From positions 1,054,001-1,118,000 of the forward strand of contig JAJCTO010000009.1 of NCBI GenBank assembly GCA_046563655.1: a DNA stretch of 64,000 nt, in the 5' to 3' direction. The position numbers and the translations under genes were made by a program. Positions 35,901 through 49,500 of the stretch are shown here, piece by piece. Origin of the DNA: Yuukianura sp. NJ FZ-2021 (lineage: Eukaryota). Under the pieces are notes generated by a model. The model was not told the DNA's origin and did not search any database. It saw nothing but the letters and a program-made list of their open reading frames with translations. Numbering within the stretch: the stretch's first letter is position 1; each line of letters opens with the position of its first letter.

Positions 35901-37530
35901 TTGTGAGAATGAACATGCAAATGTGAGAATGAACAGAAAGTAAATTACATTTTTGAAATCCTCATAAAAAGAGCTACAGGAACCCACTTTCACTTGCTGT
36001 GTCGTCCCTCATCTTGTTACCTTGTATTTATGAAAATTCATGTTTCAAAACAAATCATTCAAAAGAAATGCATTCCACGCGGAACGATGCTGGGTGAAAA
36101 GGAGTTACTTTTCTGAAATCCTCCTGAAAAGTACTACAGGAACCCAAGTTTAATTGGCGTGGATAGATCGCAATTAAATCTGGTTAGAGCGTACTTAAAA
36201 GTCTGAATGAAAATGTCGAGCACCATTTTGACGCAAAACGACTTAAACTTGTGAGAATGAATATGCAAATGTGAGAATGAACAGAAAGTAAATTACATTT
36301 TTGAAATCCTCATAAAAAGGGCTACAGGAACCCACTTTCACTTGCTGTGTCGTCCCTCATCTCGTGACCTTTTTTTATGAAAATTTGTTTCAAAACAAAT
36401 CATTCAAAAAACCTCCACGCGGAGCGATGCCGGGTGAAAAGGAGTTACTTTTCTGAAATCCTCCTGAAAAGTACTACAGGAACCCAAATTTAATTGGCGT
36501 GGATAGGTCGCAATTAAATCTGGTTAGAGCGTACTTAAAAGTCTGAATGAACCGCTCTGCCGCGGATTTTATTTTGGTTTGGAATACGGCACCCAGGGCA
36601 ATGTCGAGCACCATTTTGACGCAAAACGACTTAAATTTGTGAGAATGAACATGCAAATGTGAGAATGAACAGAAAGTAAATTACATTTTTGAAATCCTCA
36701 TAAAAAAGGCTACAGGAACCCACTTTCACTTGCTGTGTCGTCCCTCATCTCGTGACTTTTTTTTTACTGAGTTACTTTTCTGAAATCCTGCTGAAAAGTA
36801 CTACAGGAACCCAAATTTAATTGGCGTGGATAGATCGCAATTAAATCTGGTTAGAGCGTACTTAAAAGTTTGAATGAACCGCTCTGCCTCGGATTTTATT
36901 TTGGATTGGTATACGGCACCCAGGGCAATGTCGAGCACCATTTTGACGCAAAACGACTTAAATTTGTGAGAATGAACATGCAAATGTGAGAATGAACAGA
37001 AAGTAATATATATTTTTGAAATCCTCATAAAAAGTGCTACAGGAACCCACTTTCACTTGCTGTGTCGTCCCTCATCTAGTTACCTTTATTTATAAAAATT
37101 CATGTTTCAAAACAAAGAATTCAAAAGAAATGCATTCCGGAACGATGCTGGGTAAAAGTCAACTATATTTTTGAAATCCTCACATTCCAGAACGATGCTG
37201 GATAAAAGTCAACTATATTTTTGAAATCCTCATAAAAAGGGCTACAGGAACCCACTTTCACTTGCTGTGTCGTCCATCATCTTGTTACCTTTATTTATGA
37301 AAATTCATGTTTCAAAACAAAGAATTCAAAAGAAATGCATTCCAGAACGATGCTGGGTAAAAGTCAACAATATTTTTGAAATCCTCATAAAAAGGGCTAC
37401 AGGAACCCACTTTCACTTGCTGTGTTCTCCCTCATCTTGTGACTTTTTTTAATGAAAATTTGTTTCAAAACAAATCATTCAAAAAACCTCCGCGCGGAGC
37501 GATGCCGGGTGAAAAGGAGTTACTTTTCTG
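17942..37530. repeat. Composite satellite array, left domain part 2, including the transition zone from ~33900
   Basis: Same A/B/C monomers with left-type variants (AAAGTCTGAATG, GTAAATTACAT, TCTTGTTACC, CCTCCACG, AAAAGGAG). C-to-C spacings are mostly ~388, ~543 and ~698. Confidence 0.95.
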
Positions 37531-40500
37531 AAATCCTCCTGAAAAGTACTACAGGAACCCAAATTTAATTGGCGTGGATAGATCGCAATTAAATCCGGTT
37601 AGAGCGTACTTAAAAGTTTGAATGAACCGTTCTGCCTCGGATTTTATCTTGGGTTGGAATACGGCACCCAGGGCAATGTCGAGCACCATTTTGACGCAAA
37701 ACGACTTAAATTTGTGAGAATCAACATGCAAATGTGAGAATGAACAGAAAGTAATATATATTTTTGAAATCCTCATTAAAAGTGCTACAGGAACCCACTT
37801 TCACTTGCTGTGTCGTCCCTCATCTAGTTACCTTTATTTATGAAAATTTGTTTCAAAACAAATCATTCGAAAAACCTGCGCGCGGAGCGATGCCGGGTGA
37901 AAATGAGTTACTTTTCTGAAATCCTCCTGAAAAGTACTACAGGAACCCAAGTTTAATTGGCGTGGATAGATCGCAATTAAATCTGGTTAGAGCGTACTTA
38001 AAAGTTTGAATGAACCGTTCTGCCTCGGATTTTATCTTGGGTTGGAATACGGCACCCAGGGCAATGTCGAGCACCATTTTGACGCAAAACGACTTAAATT
38101 TGTGAGAATCAACATGCAAATGTGAGAATGAACAGAAAGTAATATATATTTTTGAAATCCTCATTAAAAGTGCTACAGGAACCCACTTTCACTTGCTGTG
38201 TCGTCCCTCATCTAGTTACCTTTATTTATGAAAATTCATGTTTCAAAACAAAGAATTCAAAAGAAATGCATTCCGGAACGATGCTGGGTAAAAGTCAGCT
38301 ACATTTTTGAAATCCTCATAAAAAAGGCTAAAGGAGCCCACTTTCGCTTGCTGTGTTGTCCTTCATCTCGTGACTTTTTTTATGAAAATTTGTTTCAAAA
38401 CAAATCATTCGAAAAACCTGCGCGCGGAGCGATGCCGGGTGAAAATGTGTTACTTTTCTGAAATCCTCCTGAAAAGTACTACAGGAACCCAAGTTTAATT
38501 GGCGTGGATAGATCGCAATTAAATCTGGTTAGAGCGTACTTAAAAGTTTGAATGAACCGTTCTGCCTCGGATTTTATCTTGGGTTGGAATACGGCACCCA
38601 GGGCAATGTCGAGCACCATTTTGACGCAAAACGACTTAAATTTGTGAGAATCAACATGCAAATGTGAGAATGAACAGAAAGTAATATATATTTTTGAAAT
38701 CCTCATTAAAAGTGCTACAGGAACCCACTTTCACTTGCTGTGTCGTCCCTCATCTAGTTACCTTTATTTATGAAAATTCATGTTTCAAAACAAAGAATTC
38801 AAAAGAAATGCATTCCGAAACGATGCTGAATAAAAGTCAGCTACATTTTTGAAATCCTCATAAAAAAGGCTACAGGAACCCACTTTCACTTGCTGTGTTG
38901 TCCTTCATCTCGTGACTTTTTTTATGAAAATTTGTTTCAAAACAAATCATTCGAAAAACCTGCGCGCGGAGCGATGCCGGGTGAAAATGAGTTACTTTTC
39001 TGAAATGCCCCTGAAAAGTACTACAGGAACCCAAGTTTAATTGGCATGGATAGATCGCAATTAAATCTGGTTAGAGCGTACTTAAAAGTTTGAATGAACC
39101 GTTCTGCCTCGGATTTTATCTTGGGTTGGAATACGGCACCCAGGGCAATGTCGAGCACCATTTTGACGCAAAACGACTTAAATTTGTGAGAATCAACATG
39201 CAAATGTGAGAATGAACAGAAAGTAATATATATTTTTGAAATCCTCATTAAAAGTGCTACAGGAACCCACTTTCACTTGCTGTGTCGTCCCTCATCTAGT
39301 TACCTTTATTTATGAAAATTCATGTTTCAAAACAAAGAATTCGAAAAACCTGCGCGCGGAGCGATGCCAGGTGAAAATGAGTTACTTTTCTGAAATCCTC
39401 CTGAAAAGTACTACAGGAACCCAAGTTTAATTGGCGTGGATAGATCGCAATTAAATCTGGTTAGAGCGTACTTAAAAGTTTGAATGAACCGCTCTGCCTC
39501 GGATTTTATCTTGGGTTGGAATACGGCACCCAGGGCAATGTCGAGCACCATTTTGACGCAAAAAGACTTAAATTTGTGAGAATGAACAGAAAGTATATTA
39601 CATTTTTGAAATCCTCATAAAAAGTGCTACAGGAACCCACTTTCACTTGCTGTGTCGTCCCTCATCTAGTTACCTTTATTTATAAAAATTCATGTTTCAA
39701 AACAAAGAATTCAAAAGAAATGCATTCCGGAACGATGCTGGGTAAAAGTCAACTATATTTTTGAAATCCTCATAAAAAGGGCTACAGGAACCCACTTTCA
39801 CTTGCTGTGTCGTCCCTCATCTCGTGACCTTTTTTTATGAAAATTTGTTTCAAAACAAATCATTCGAAAAACCTGCGCGCGGAGCGATGCCGGGTGAAAA
39901 TGTGTTACTTTTCTGAAATCCTCCTGAAAAGTACTACAGGAACTCAAGTTTAATTGGCGTGGATAGATCGCAATTAAATCTGGTTAGAGCGTACTTAAAA
40001 GTTTGAATGAACCGTTCTGCCTCGGATTTTATCTTGGGTTGGAATACGGCACCCAGGGCAATGTCGAGCACCATTTTGACGCAAAACGACTTAAATTTGT
40101 GAGAATCAACATGCAAATGTGAGAATGAACAGAAAGTAATATATATTTTTGAAATCCTCATTAAAAGTGCTACAGGAACCCACTTTCACTTGCTGTGTCG
40201 TCCCTCATCTAGTTACCTTTATTTATGAAAATTCATGTTTCAAAACAAAGAATTCGAAAAACCTGCGCGCGGAGCGATGCCGGGTGAAAATGAGTTACTT
40301 TTTTGAAATCCTCCTGAAAAGTACTACAGGAACCCAAGTTTAGTTGGCGTGGATAGATCGCAATTAAATCTGGTTAGAGCGTACTTAAAAGTTTGAATGA
40401 ACCGTTCTGCCTCGGATTTTATCTTGGGTTGGAATACGGCACCCAGGGCAATGTCGAGCACCATTTTGACGCAAAACGACTTAAATTTGTGAGAATCAAC

Positions 40501-43500
40501 ATGCAAATGTGAGAATAAACAGAAAGTAATATATATTTTTGAAATCCTCATTAAAAGTGCTACAGGAACCCACTTTCACTTGCTGTGTCGTCCCTCATCT
40601 AGTTACCTTTATTTATGAAAATTCATGTTTCAAAACAAAGAATTCAAAAGAAATGCATTCCGGAACGATGCTGGGTAAAAGTCAACTATATTTTTGAAAT
40701 CCTCATAAAAAGTGCTACAGGAACCCACTTTCACTTGCTGTGTCGTCCCTCATCTAGTTACCTTTATTTATGAAAATTTGTTTCAAAACAAATCATTCGA
40801 AAAACCTGCACGCGGAGCGATGCCGGGTGAAAATGTGTTACTTTTCTGAAATCCTCCTGAAAAGTACTACAGGAACCCAAGTTTAATTGGCGTGGATAGA
40901 TCGCAATTAAATCTGGTTAGAGCGTACTTAAAAGTTTGAATGAACCGTTCTGCCTCGGATTTTATCTTGGGTTGGAATACGGCACCCAGGGCAATGTCGA
41001 GCACCATTTTGACGCAAAACGACTTAAATTTGTGAGAATCAACATGCAAATGTGAGAATGAACAGAAAGTAATATATATTTTTGAAATCCTCATTAAAAG
41101 TGCTACAGGAACCCACTTTCACTTGCTGTGTCGTCCCTCATCTAGTTACCTTTATTTATGAAAATTCATGTTTCAAAACAAAGAATTCAAAAGAAATGCA
41201 TTCCGAAACGATGTTGAATAAAAGTCAGCTACATTTTTGAAATCCTCATAAAAAAGGCTAAAGGAGCCCACTTTCGCTTGCTGTGTTGTCCTTCATCTCG
41301 TGACTTTTTTTATGAAAATTTGTTTCAAAACAAATCATTCGAAAAACCTGCGCGCGGAGCGATGCCGGGTGAAAATGAGTTACTTTTCTGAAATGCTCCT
41401 GAAAAGTACTACAGGAACCCAAGTTTAATTGGCGTGGATAGATCGCAATTAAATCTGGTTAGAGCGTACTTAAAAGTTTGAATGAACCGTTCTGCCTCGG
41501 ATTTTATCTTGGGTTGGAATACGGCACCCAGGGCAATGTCGAGCACCATTTTGACGCAAAACGACTTAAATTTGTGAGAATGAACATGCAAATGTGAGAA
41601 TGAACAGAAAGTAATATATATTTTTGAAATCCTCATTAAAAGTGCTACAGGAACCCACTTTCACTTGCTGTGTCGTCCCTCATCTAGTTACCTTTATTTA
41701 TGAAAATTCATGTTTCAAAACAAAGAATTCAAAAGAAATGCATTCCGGAACGATGCCGGGTAAAAGTCAACTATATTTTTGAAATCCTCCTGAAAAGTAC
41801 TACAGGAACCCAACTTTAATTGGCGTGGAAAGATCGCAATTAAATCTGGTTAGAGCGTACTTAAAAGTTTGAATGAACCGCTCTGCCTCGGATTTTATCT
41901 TGGATTGGAATACGGCACCCAGGGCAATGTCGAGCACCATTTTGACGCAAAACGACTTAAATTTGTGAGAATGAACATGCAAATGTGAGAATGAACAGAA
42001 AGTAATATATATTTTTGAAATCCTCATTAAAAGTGCTACAGGAACCCACTTTCACTTGCTGTGTCGTCCCTCATCTAGTTGCCTTTATTTATGAAAATTC
42101 ATGTTTCAAAACAAAGAATTCAAAAGAAATGCATTCCGGAACGATGCTGGGTAAAAGTCAACTATATTTTTGAAATCCTCATAAAAAGTGCTACAGGAAC
42201 CCACTTTCACTTGCTGTGTCGTCCCTCATCTAGTTACCTTTATTTATAAAAATTCATGTTTCAAAACAAAGAATTCAAAAGAAATGCATTCCGGAACGAT
42301 GCTGGGTAAAAGTCAACTATATTTTTGAAACCTCATAAAAAGGGCTACAGGAACCCACTTTCACTTGCTGTGTCGTCCCTCATCTCGTGACTTTTTTTAT
42401 GAAAATTTGTTTCAAAACAAATCATTCGAAAAACCTGCACGCGGAGCGATGCCGGGTGAAAATGTGTTACTTTTCTGAAATCCTCCTGAAAAGTACTACA
42501 GGAACCCAAGTTTAATTGGCGTGGATAGATCGCAATTAAATCTGGTTAGAGCGTACTTAAAAGTTTGAATGAACCGTTCTGCCTCGGATTTTATCTTGGG
42601 TTGGAATACGGCACCCAGGGCAATGTCGAGCACCATTTTGACGCAAAACGACTTAAATTTGTGAGAATCAACATGCAAATGTGAGAATAAACAGAAAGTA
42701 ATATATATTTTTGAAATCCTCATTAAAAGTGCTACAGGAACCCACTTTCACTTGCTGTGTCGTCCCTCATCTAGTTACCTTTATTTATGAAAATTCATGT
42801 TTCAAAACAAAGAATTCGAAAAACCTGCGCGCGGAGCGATGCCGGGTGAAAATGAGTTACTTTTCTGAAATGCTCCTGAAAAGTACTACAGGAACCCAAG
42901 TTTAGTTGGCGTGGATAGATCGCAATTAAATCTGGTTAGAGCGTACTTAAAAGTTTGAATGAACCGTTCTGCCTCGGATTTTATCTTGGGTTGGAATACG
43001 GCACCCAGGGCAATGTCGAGCACCATTTTGACGCAAAACGACTTAAATTTGTGACAATGAACATGCAAATGTGAGAATGAACAGAAAGTAATATATATTT
43101 TTGAAATCCTCATTAAAAGTGCTACAGGAACCCACTTTCACTTGCTGTGTCGTCCCTCATCTAGTTACCTTTATTTATGAAAATTCATGTTTCAAAACAA
43201 AGAATTCAAAAGAAATGCATTCCGGAACGATGCTGGGTAAAAGTCAACTATATTTTTGAAATCCTCATAAAAAGGGCTACAGGAACCCACTTTCACTTGC
43301 TGTGTCGTCCCTCATCTCGTGACTTTTTTTATGAAAATTTGTTTCAAAACAAATCATTCGAAAAACCTGCACGCGGAGCGATGCCGGGTGAAAATGTGTT
43401 ACTTTTCTGAAATCCTCCTGAAAAGTACTACAGGAACCCAAGTTTAATTGGCGTGGATAGATCGCAATTAAATCTGGTTAGAGCGTACTTAAAAGTTTGA

Positions 43501-46500
43501 ATGAACCGTTCTGCCTCGGATTTTATCTTGGGTTGGAATACGGCACCCAGGGCAATGTCGAGCACCATTTTGACGCAAAACGACTTAAATTTGTGAGAAT
43601 CAACATGCAAATGTGAGAATGAACAGAAAGTAATATATATTTTTGAAATCCTCATTAAAAGTGCTACAGGAACCCACTTTCACTTGCTGTGTCGTCCCTC
43701 ATCTAGTTACCTTTATTTATGAAAATTCATGTTTCAAAACAAAGAATTCGAAAAACCTGCGCGCGGAGCGATGCCGGGTGAAAATGAGTTACTTTCCTGA
43801 AATCCTCCTGGAAAGTACCACAGGAACACAAGTTTAATTGGAGTGGATAGATCGCAATTAAATCCGGTTAGCGCGTACTTAAAAGTCTGTATGAACCGCT
43901 CTGTCTCGAATATTATCTTGGGTTGGTACATGGCACCCAGGGCAATGTCGAGCACCATTTTGACGCAAAACGACTTAAATTTGTGAGAATGAACAGGAAG
44001 TAAATTATATTTTTGAAATCCTCATAAAAAGTGCTACAGGAACCCACTTTCACTTGCTGTGTCGTTTCTCATCTAGTTACCTTTATTTATGAAAATTCAT
44101 GTTTCAAAACAAAGAATTCAAAAGAAATGCATTCCGGAACGATGCTGGGTAAAAGTCAACTATATTTTTGAAATCCTCATAAAAAGGGCTACAGGAACCC
44201 ACTTTCACTTGCTGTGTCGTCCCTCATCTCGTGACTTTTTTTATGAAAATTTGTTTCAAAACAAATCATTCGAAAAACCTGCACGCGGAGCGATGCCGGG
44301 TGAAAATGTGTTACTTTTCTGAAATCCTCCTGAAAAGTACTACAGGAACCCAAGTTTAATTGGCGTGGATAGATCGCAATTAAATCTGGTTAGAGCGTAC
44401 TTAAAAGTTTGAATGAACCGTTCTGCCTCGGATTTTATCTTGGGTTGGAATACGGCACCCAGGGCAATGTCGAGCACCATTTTGACGCAAAACGACTTAA
44501 ATTTGTGAGAATCAACATGCAAATGTGAGAATGAACAGAAAGTAATATATATTTTTGAAATCCTCATTAAAAGTGCTACAGGAACCCACTTTCACTTGCT
44601 GTGTCGTCCCTCATCTAGTTACCTTTATTTATGAAAATTCATGTTTCAAAACAAAGAATTCGAAAAACCTGCGCGCGGAGCGATGCCGGGTGAAAATGAG
44701 TTACTTTTCTGAAATGCTCCTGAAAAGTACTACAGGAACCCAAGTTTAGTTGGCGTGGATAGATCGCAATTAAATCTGGTTAGAGCGTACTTAAAAGTTT
44801 GAATGAACCGTTCTGCCTCGGATTTTATCTTGGGTTGGAATACGGCACCCAGGGCAATGTCGAGCACCATTTTGACGCAAAACGACTTAAATTTGTGAGA
44901 ATGAACATGCAAATGTGAGAATGAACAGAAAGTAATATATATTTTTGAAATCCTCATAAAAAGTGCTACAGGAACCCACTTTCACTTGCTGTGTCGTCCC
45001 TCATCTAGTTACCTTTATTTATAAAAATTCATGTTTCAAAACAAAGAATTCAAAAGAAATGCATTCCGGAACGATGCTGGGTAAAAGTCAACTATATTTT
45101 TGAAACCTCATAAAAAGGGCTACAGGAACCCACTTTCACTTGCTGTGTCGTCCCTCATCTCGTGACTTTTTTTATGAAAATTTGTTTCAAAACAAATCAT
45201 TCGAAAAACCTGCACGCGGAGCGATGCCGGGTGAAAATGTGTTACTTTTCTGAAATCCTCCTGAAAAGTACTACAGGAACCCAAGTTTAATTGGCGTGGA
45301 TAGATCGCAATTAAATCTGGTTAGAGCGTACTTAAAAGTTTGAATGAACCGTTCTGCCTCGGATTTTATCTTGGGTTGGAATACGGCACCCAGGGCAATG
45401 TCGAGCACCATTTTGACGCAAAACGACTTAAATTTGTGAGAATCAACATGCAAATGTGAGAATGAACAGAAAGTAATATATATTTTTGAAATCCTCATTA
45501 AAAGTGCTACAGGAACCCACTTTCACTTGCTGTGTCGTCCCTCATCTAGTTACCTTTATTTATGAAAATTCATGTTTCAAAACAAAGAATTCAAAAGAAA
45601 TGCATTCCGGAACGATGCTGGGTAAAAGTCAACTATATTTTTGAAACCTCATAAAAAGGGCTACAGGAACCCACTTTCACTTGCTGTGTCGTCCCTCATC
45701 TCGTGACTTTTTTTATGAAAATTTGTTTCAAAACAAATCATTCGAAAAACCTGCACGCGGAGCGATGCCGGGTGAAAATGTGTTACTTTTCTGAAATCCT
45801 CCTGAAAAGTACTACAGGAACCCAAGTTTAATTGGCGTGGATAGATCGCAATTAAATCTGGTTAGAGCGTACTTAAAAGTTTGAATGAACCGTTCTGCCT
45901 CGGATTTTATCTTGGGTTGGAATACGGCACCCAGGGCAATGTCGAGCACCATTTTGACGCAAAACGACTTAAATTTGTGAGAATCAACATGCAAATGTGA
46001 GAATGAACAGAAAGTAATATATATTTTTGAAATCCTCATTAAAAGTGCTACAGGAACCCACTTTCACTTGCTGTGTCGTCCCTCATCTAGTTACCTTTAT
46101 TTATGAAAATTCATGTTTCAAAACAAAGAATTCAAAAGAAATGCATTCCGGAACGATGTTGGGTAAAAGTCAACTATATTTTTGAAATCCTCATAAAAAA
46201 GGCTACAGGAACCCACTTTCACTTGCTGTGTTGTCCTTCATCTCGTGACTTTTTTTATGAAAATTTGTTTCAAAACAAATCATTCGAAAAACCTGCACGC
46301 GGAGCGATGCCGGGTGAAAATGTGTTACTTTTCTGAAATCCTCCTGAAAAGTACTACAGGAACCCAAGTTTAATTGGCGTGGATAGATCGCAATTAAATC
46401 TGGTTAGAGCGTACTTAAAAGTTTGAATGAACCGTTCTGCCTCGGATTTTATCTTGGGTTGGAATACGGCACCCAGGGCAATGTCGAGCACCATTTTGAC

Positions 46501-49500
46501 GCAAAACGACTTAAATTTGTGAGAATCAACATGCAAATGTGAGAATGAACAGAAAGTAATATATATTTTTGAAATCCTCATTAAAAGTGCTACAGGAACC
46601 CACTTTCACTTGCTGTGTCGTCCCTCATCTAGTTACCTTTATTTATGAAAATTCATGTTTCAAAACAAAGAATTCAAAAGAAATGCCATTCCGGAACGAT
46701 GCTGGGTAAAAGTCAACTATATTTTTGAAATCCACATAAACAGGGCTACAGGAACCCAATTTCAGTTGCTGTGTCGTCCTTCATCTCGTGACTTTTTTTT
46801 TATAAAAATTTGTTTCAAAACAAATCATTCGAAAAACCTCCACGCGGAGCGATGCCGGGTGAAAATGAGTTACTTTTCTGAAATGCTCCTGAAAAGTACT
46901 ACAGGAACCCAAGTTTAATTTGGCGTGGATAGATCGCAATTAAATCTGGTTAGAGCGTACTTAAAAGTTTGAATGAACCGTTCTGCCTCGGATTTTATCT
47001 TGGGTTGGAATACGGCACCCAGGGCAATGTCGAGCACCATTTTGACGCAAAACGACTTAAATTTGTGAGAATCAACATGCAAATGTGAGAATGAACAGAA
47101 AGTAATATATATTTTTGAAATCCTCATTAAAAGTGCTACAGGAACCCACTTTCACTTGCTGTGTCGTCCCTCATCTAGTTACCTTTATTTATGAAAATTC
47201 ATGTTTCAAAACAAAGAATTCAAAAGAAATGCATTCCGGAACGATGTTGAATAAAAGTCAGCTACATTTTTGAAATCCTCATAAAAAGGGCTACAGTAAC
47301 CCACTTTCACTTGCTGTGTCGTCCCTCATCTCGTGACTTTTTTTATGAAAATTTGTTTCAAAACAAATCATTCGAAAAACCTGCGCGCGGAGCGATGCCG
47401 GGTGAAAATGAGTTACTTTTCTGAAATGCCCCTGAAAAGTACTACAGGAACCCAAGTTTAATTGGCATGGATAGATCGCAATTAAATCTGGTTAGAGCGT
47501 ACTTAAAAGTTTGAATGAACCGTTCTGCCTCGGATTTTATCTTGGGTTGGAATACGGCACCCAGGGCAATGTCGAGCACCATTTTGACGCAAAACGACTT
47601 AAATTTGTGAGAATCAACATGCAAATGTGAGAATGAACAGAAAGTAATATATATTTTTGAAATCCTCATTAAAAGTGCTACAGGAACCCACTTTCACTTG
47701 CTGTGTCGTCCCTCATCTAGTTACCTTTATTTATGAAAATTCATGTTTCAAAACAAAGAATTCGAAAAACCTGCGCGCGGAGCGATGCCGGGTGAAAATG
47801 AGTTACTTTTCTGAAATGCCCCTGAAAAGTACTACAGGAACCCAAGTTTAATTGGCGTGGATAGTTCGCAATTAAATCTGGTTAGAGCGTACTTAAAAGT
47901 TTGAATGAACCGCTCTGCCTCGGATTTTATCTTGGGTTGGAATACGGCACCCAGGGCAATGTCGAGCACCATTTTGACGCAAAACGACTTAAATTTGTGA
48001 GAATGAACATGCAAATGTGAGAATGAACAGAAAGTAATATATATTTTTGAAATCCTCATTAAAAGTGCTACAGGAACCCACTTTCACTTGCTGTGTCGTC
48101 CCTCATCTAGTTACCTTTATTTATGAAAATTCATGTTTCAAAACAAAGAATTCAAAAGAAATGCATTCCGGAACGATGCTGGGTAAAAGTCAACTATATT
48201 TTTGAAACCTCATAAAAAGGGCTACAGGAACCCACTTTCACTTGCTGTGTCGTCCCTCATCTCGTGACTTTTTTTATGAAAATTTGTTTCAAAACAAATC
48301 ATTCGAAAAACCTGCACGCGGAGCGATGCCGGGTGAAAATGTGTTACTTTTCTGAAATCCTCCTGAAAAGTACTACAGGAACCCAAGTTTAATTGGCGTG
48401 GATAGATCGCAATTAAATCTGGTTAGAGCGTACTTAAAAGTTTGAATGAACCGTTCTGCCTCGGATTTTATCTTGGGTTGGAATACGGCACCCAGGGCAA
48501 TGTCGAGCACCATTTTGACGCAAAACGACTTAAATTTGTGAGAATCAACATGCAAATGTGAGAATGAACAGAAAGTAATATATATTTTTGAAATCCTCAT
48601 TAAAAGTGCTACAGGAACCCACTTTCACTTGCTGTGTCGTCCCTCATCTAGTTACCTTTATTTATGAAAATTCATGTTTCAAAACAAAGAATTCAAAAGA
48701 AATGCATTCCGGAACGATGCTGGGTAAAAGTCAACTATATTTTTGAAATCCTCATAAAAAGGGCTACAGGAACCCACTTTCACTTGCTGTGTCGTCCCTC
48801 ATCTCGTGACTTTTTTTATGAAAATTTGTTTCAAAACAAATCATTCGAAAAACCTGCACGCGGAGCGATGCCGGGTGAAAATGTGTTACTTTTCTGAAAT
48901 CCTCCTGAAAAGTACTACAGGAACCCAAGTTTAATTGGCGTGGATAGATCGCAATTAAATCTGGTTAGAGCGTACTTAAAAGTTTGAATGAACCGTTCTG
49001 CCTCGGATTTTATCTTGGGTTGGAATACGGCACCCAGGGCAATGTCGAGCACCATTTTGACGCAAAACGACTTAAATTTGTGAGAATCAACATGCAAATG
49101 TGAGAATGAACAGAAAGTAATATATATTTTTGAAATCCTCATTAAAAGTGCTACAGGAACCCACTTTCACTTGCTGTGTCGTCCCTCATCTAGTTACCTT
49201 TATTTATGAAAATTCATGTTTCAAAACAAAGAATTCAAAAGAAATGCATTCCGGAACGGTGCTGAATAAAAGTCAGCTACATTTTTGAAATCCTCATAAA
49301 AAAGGCTAAAGGAGCCCACTTTCGCTTGCTGTGTTGTCCTTCATCTCGTGACTTTTTTTATGAAAATTTGTTTCAAAACAAATCATTCGAAAAACCTTCA
49401 CGCGGAGCGATGCCGGGTGAAAATGAGTTACTTTTTTGAAATCCTCCTGAAAAGTACTACAGGAACCCAAGTTTAATTGGCGTGGATAGATCGCAATTAA

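Noticed and set aside
38408..38440. CENP-B-box-like TTCGAAAAACCTGCG in right-domain B monomers
   Set aside because: It matches TTCG....A but has TGCG/TGCA where CGGG is required. The nearby CGGG is at the wrong spacing.
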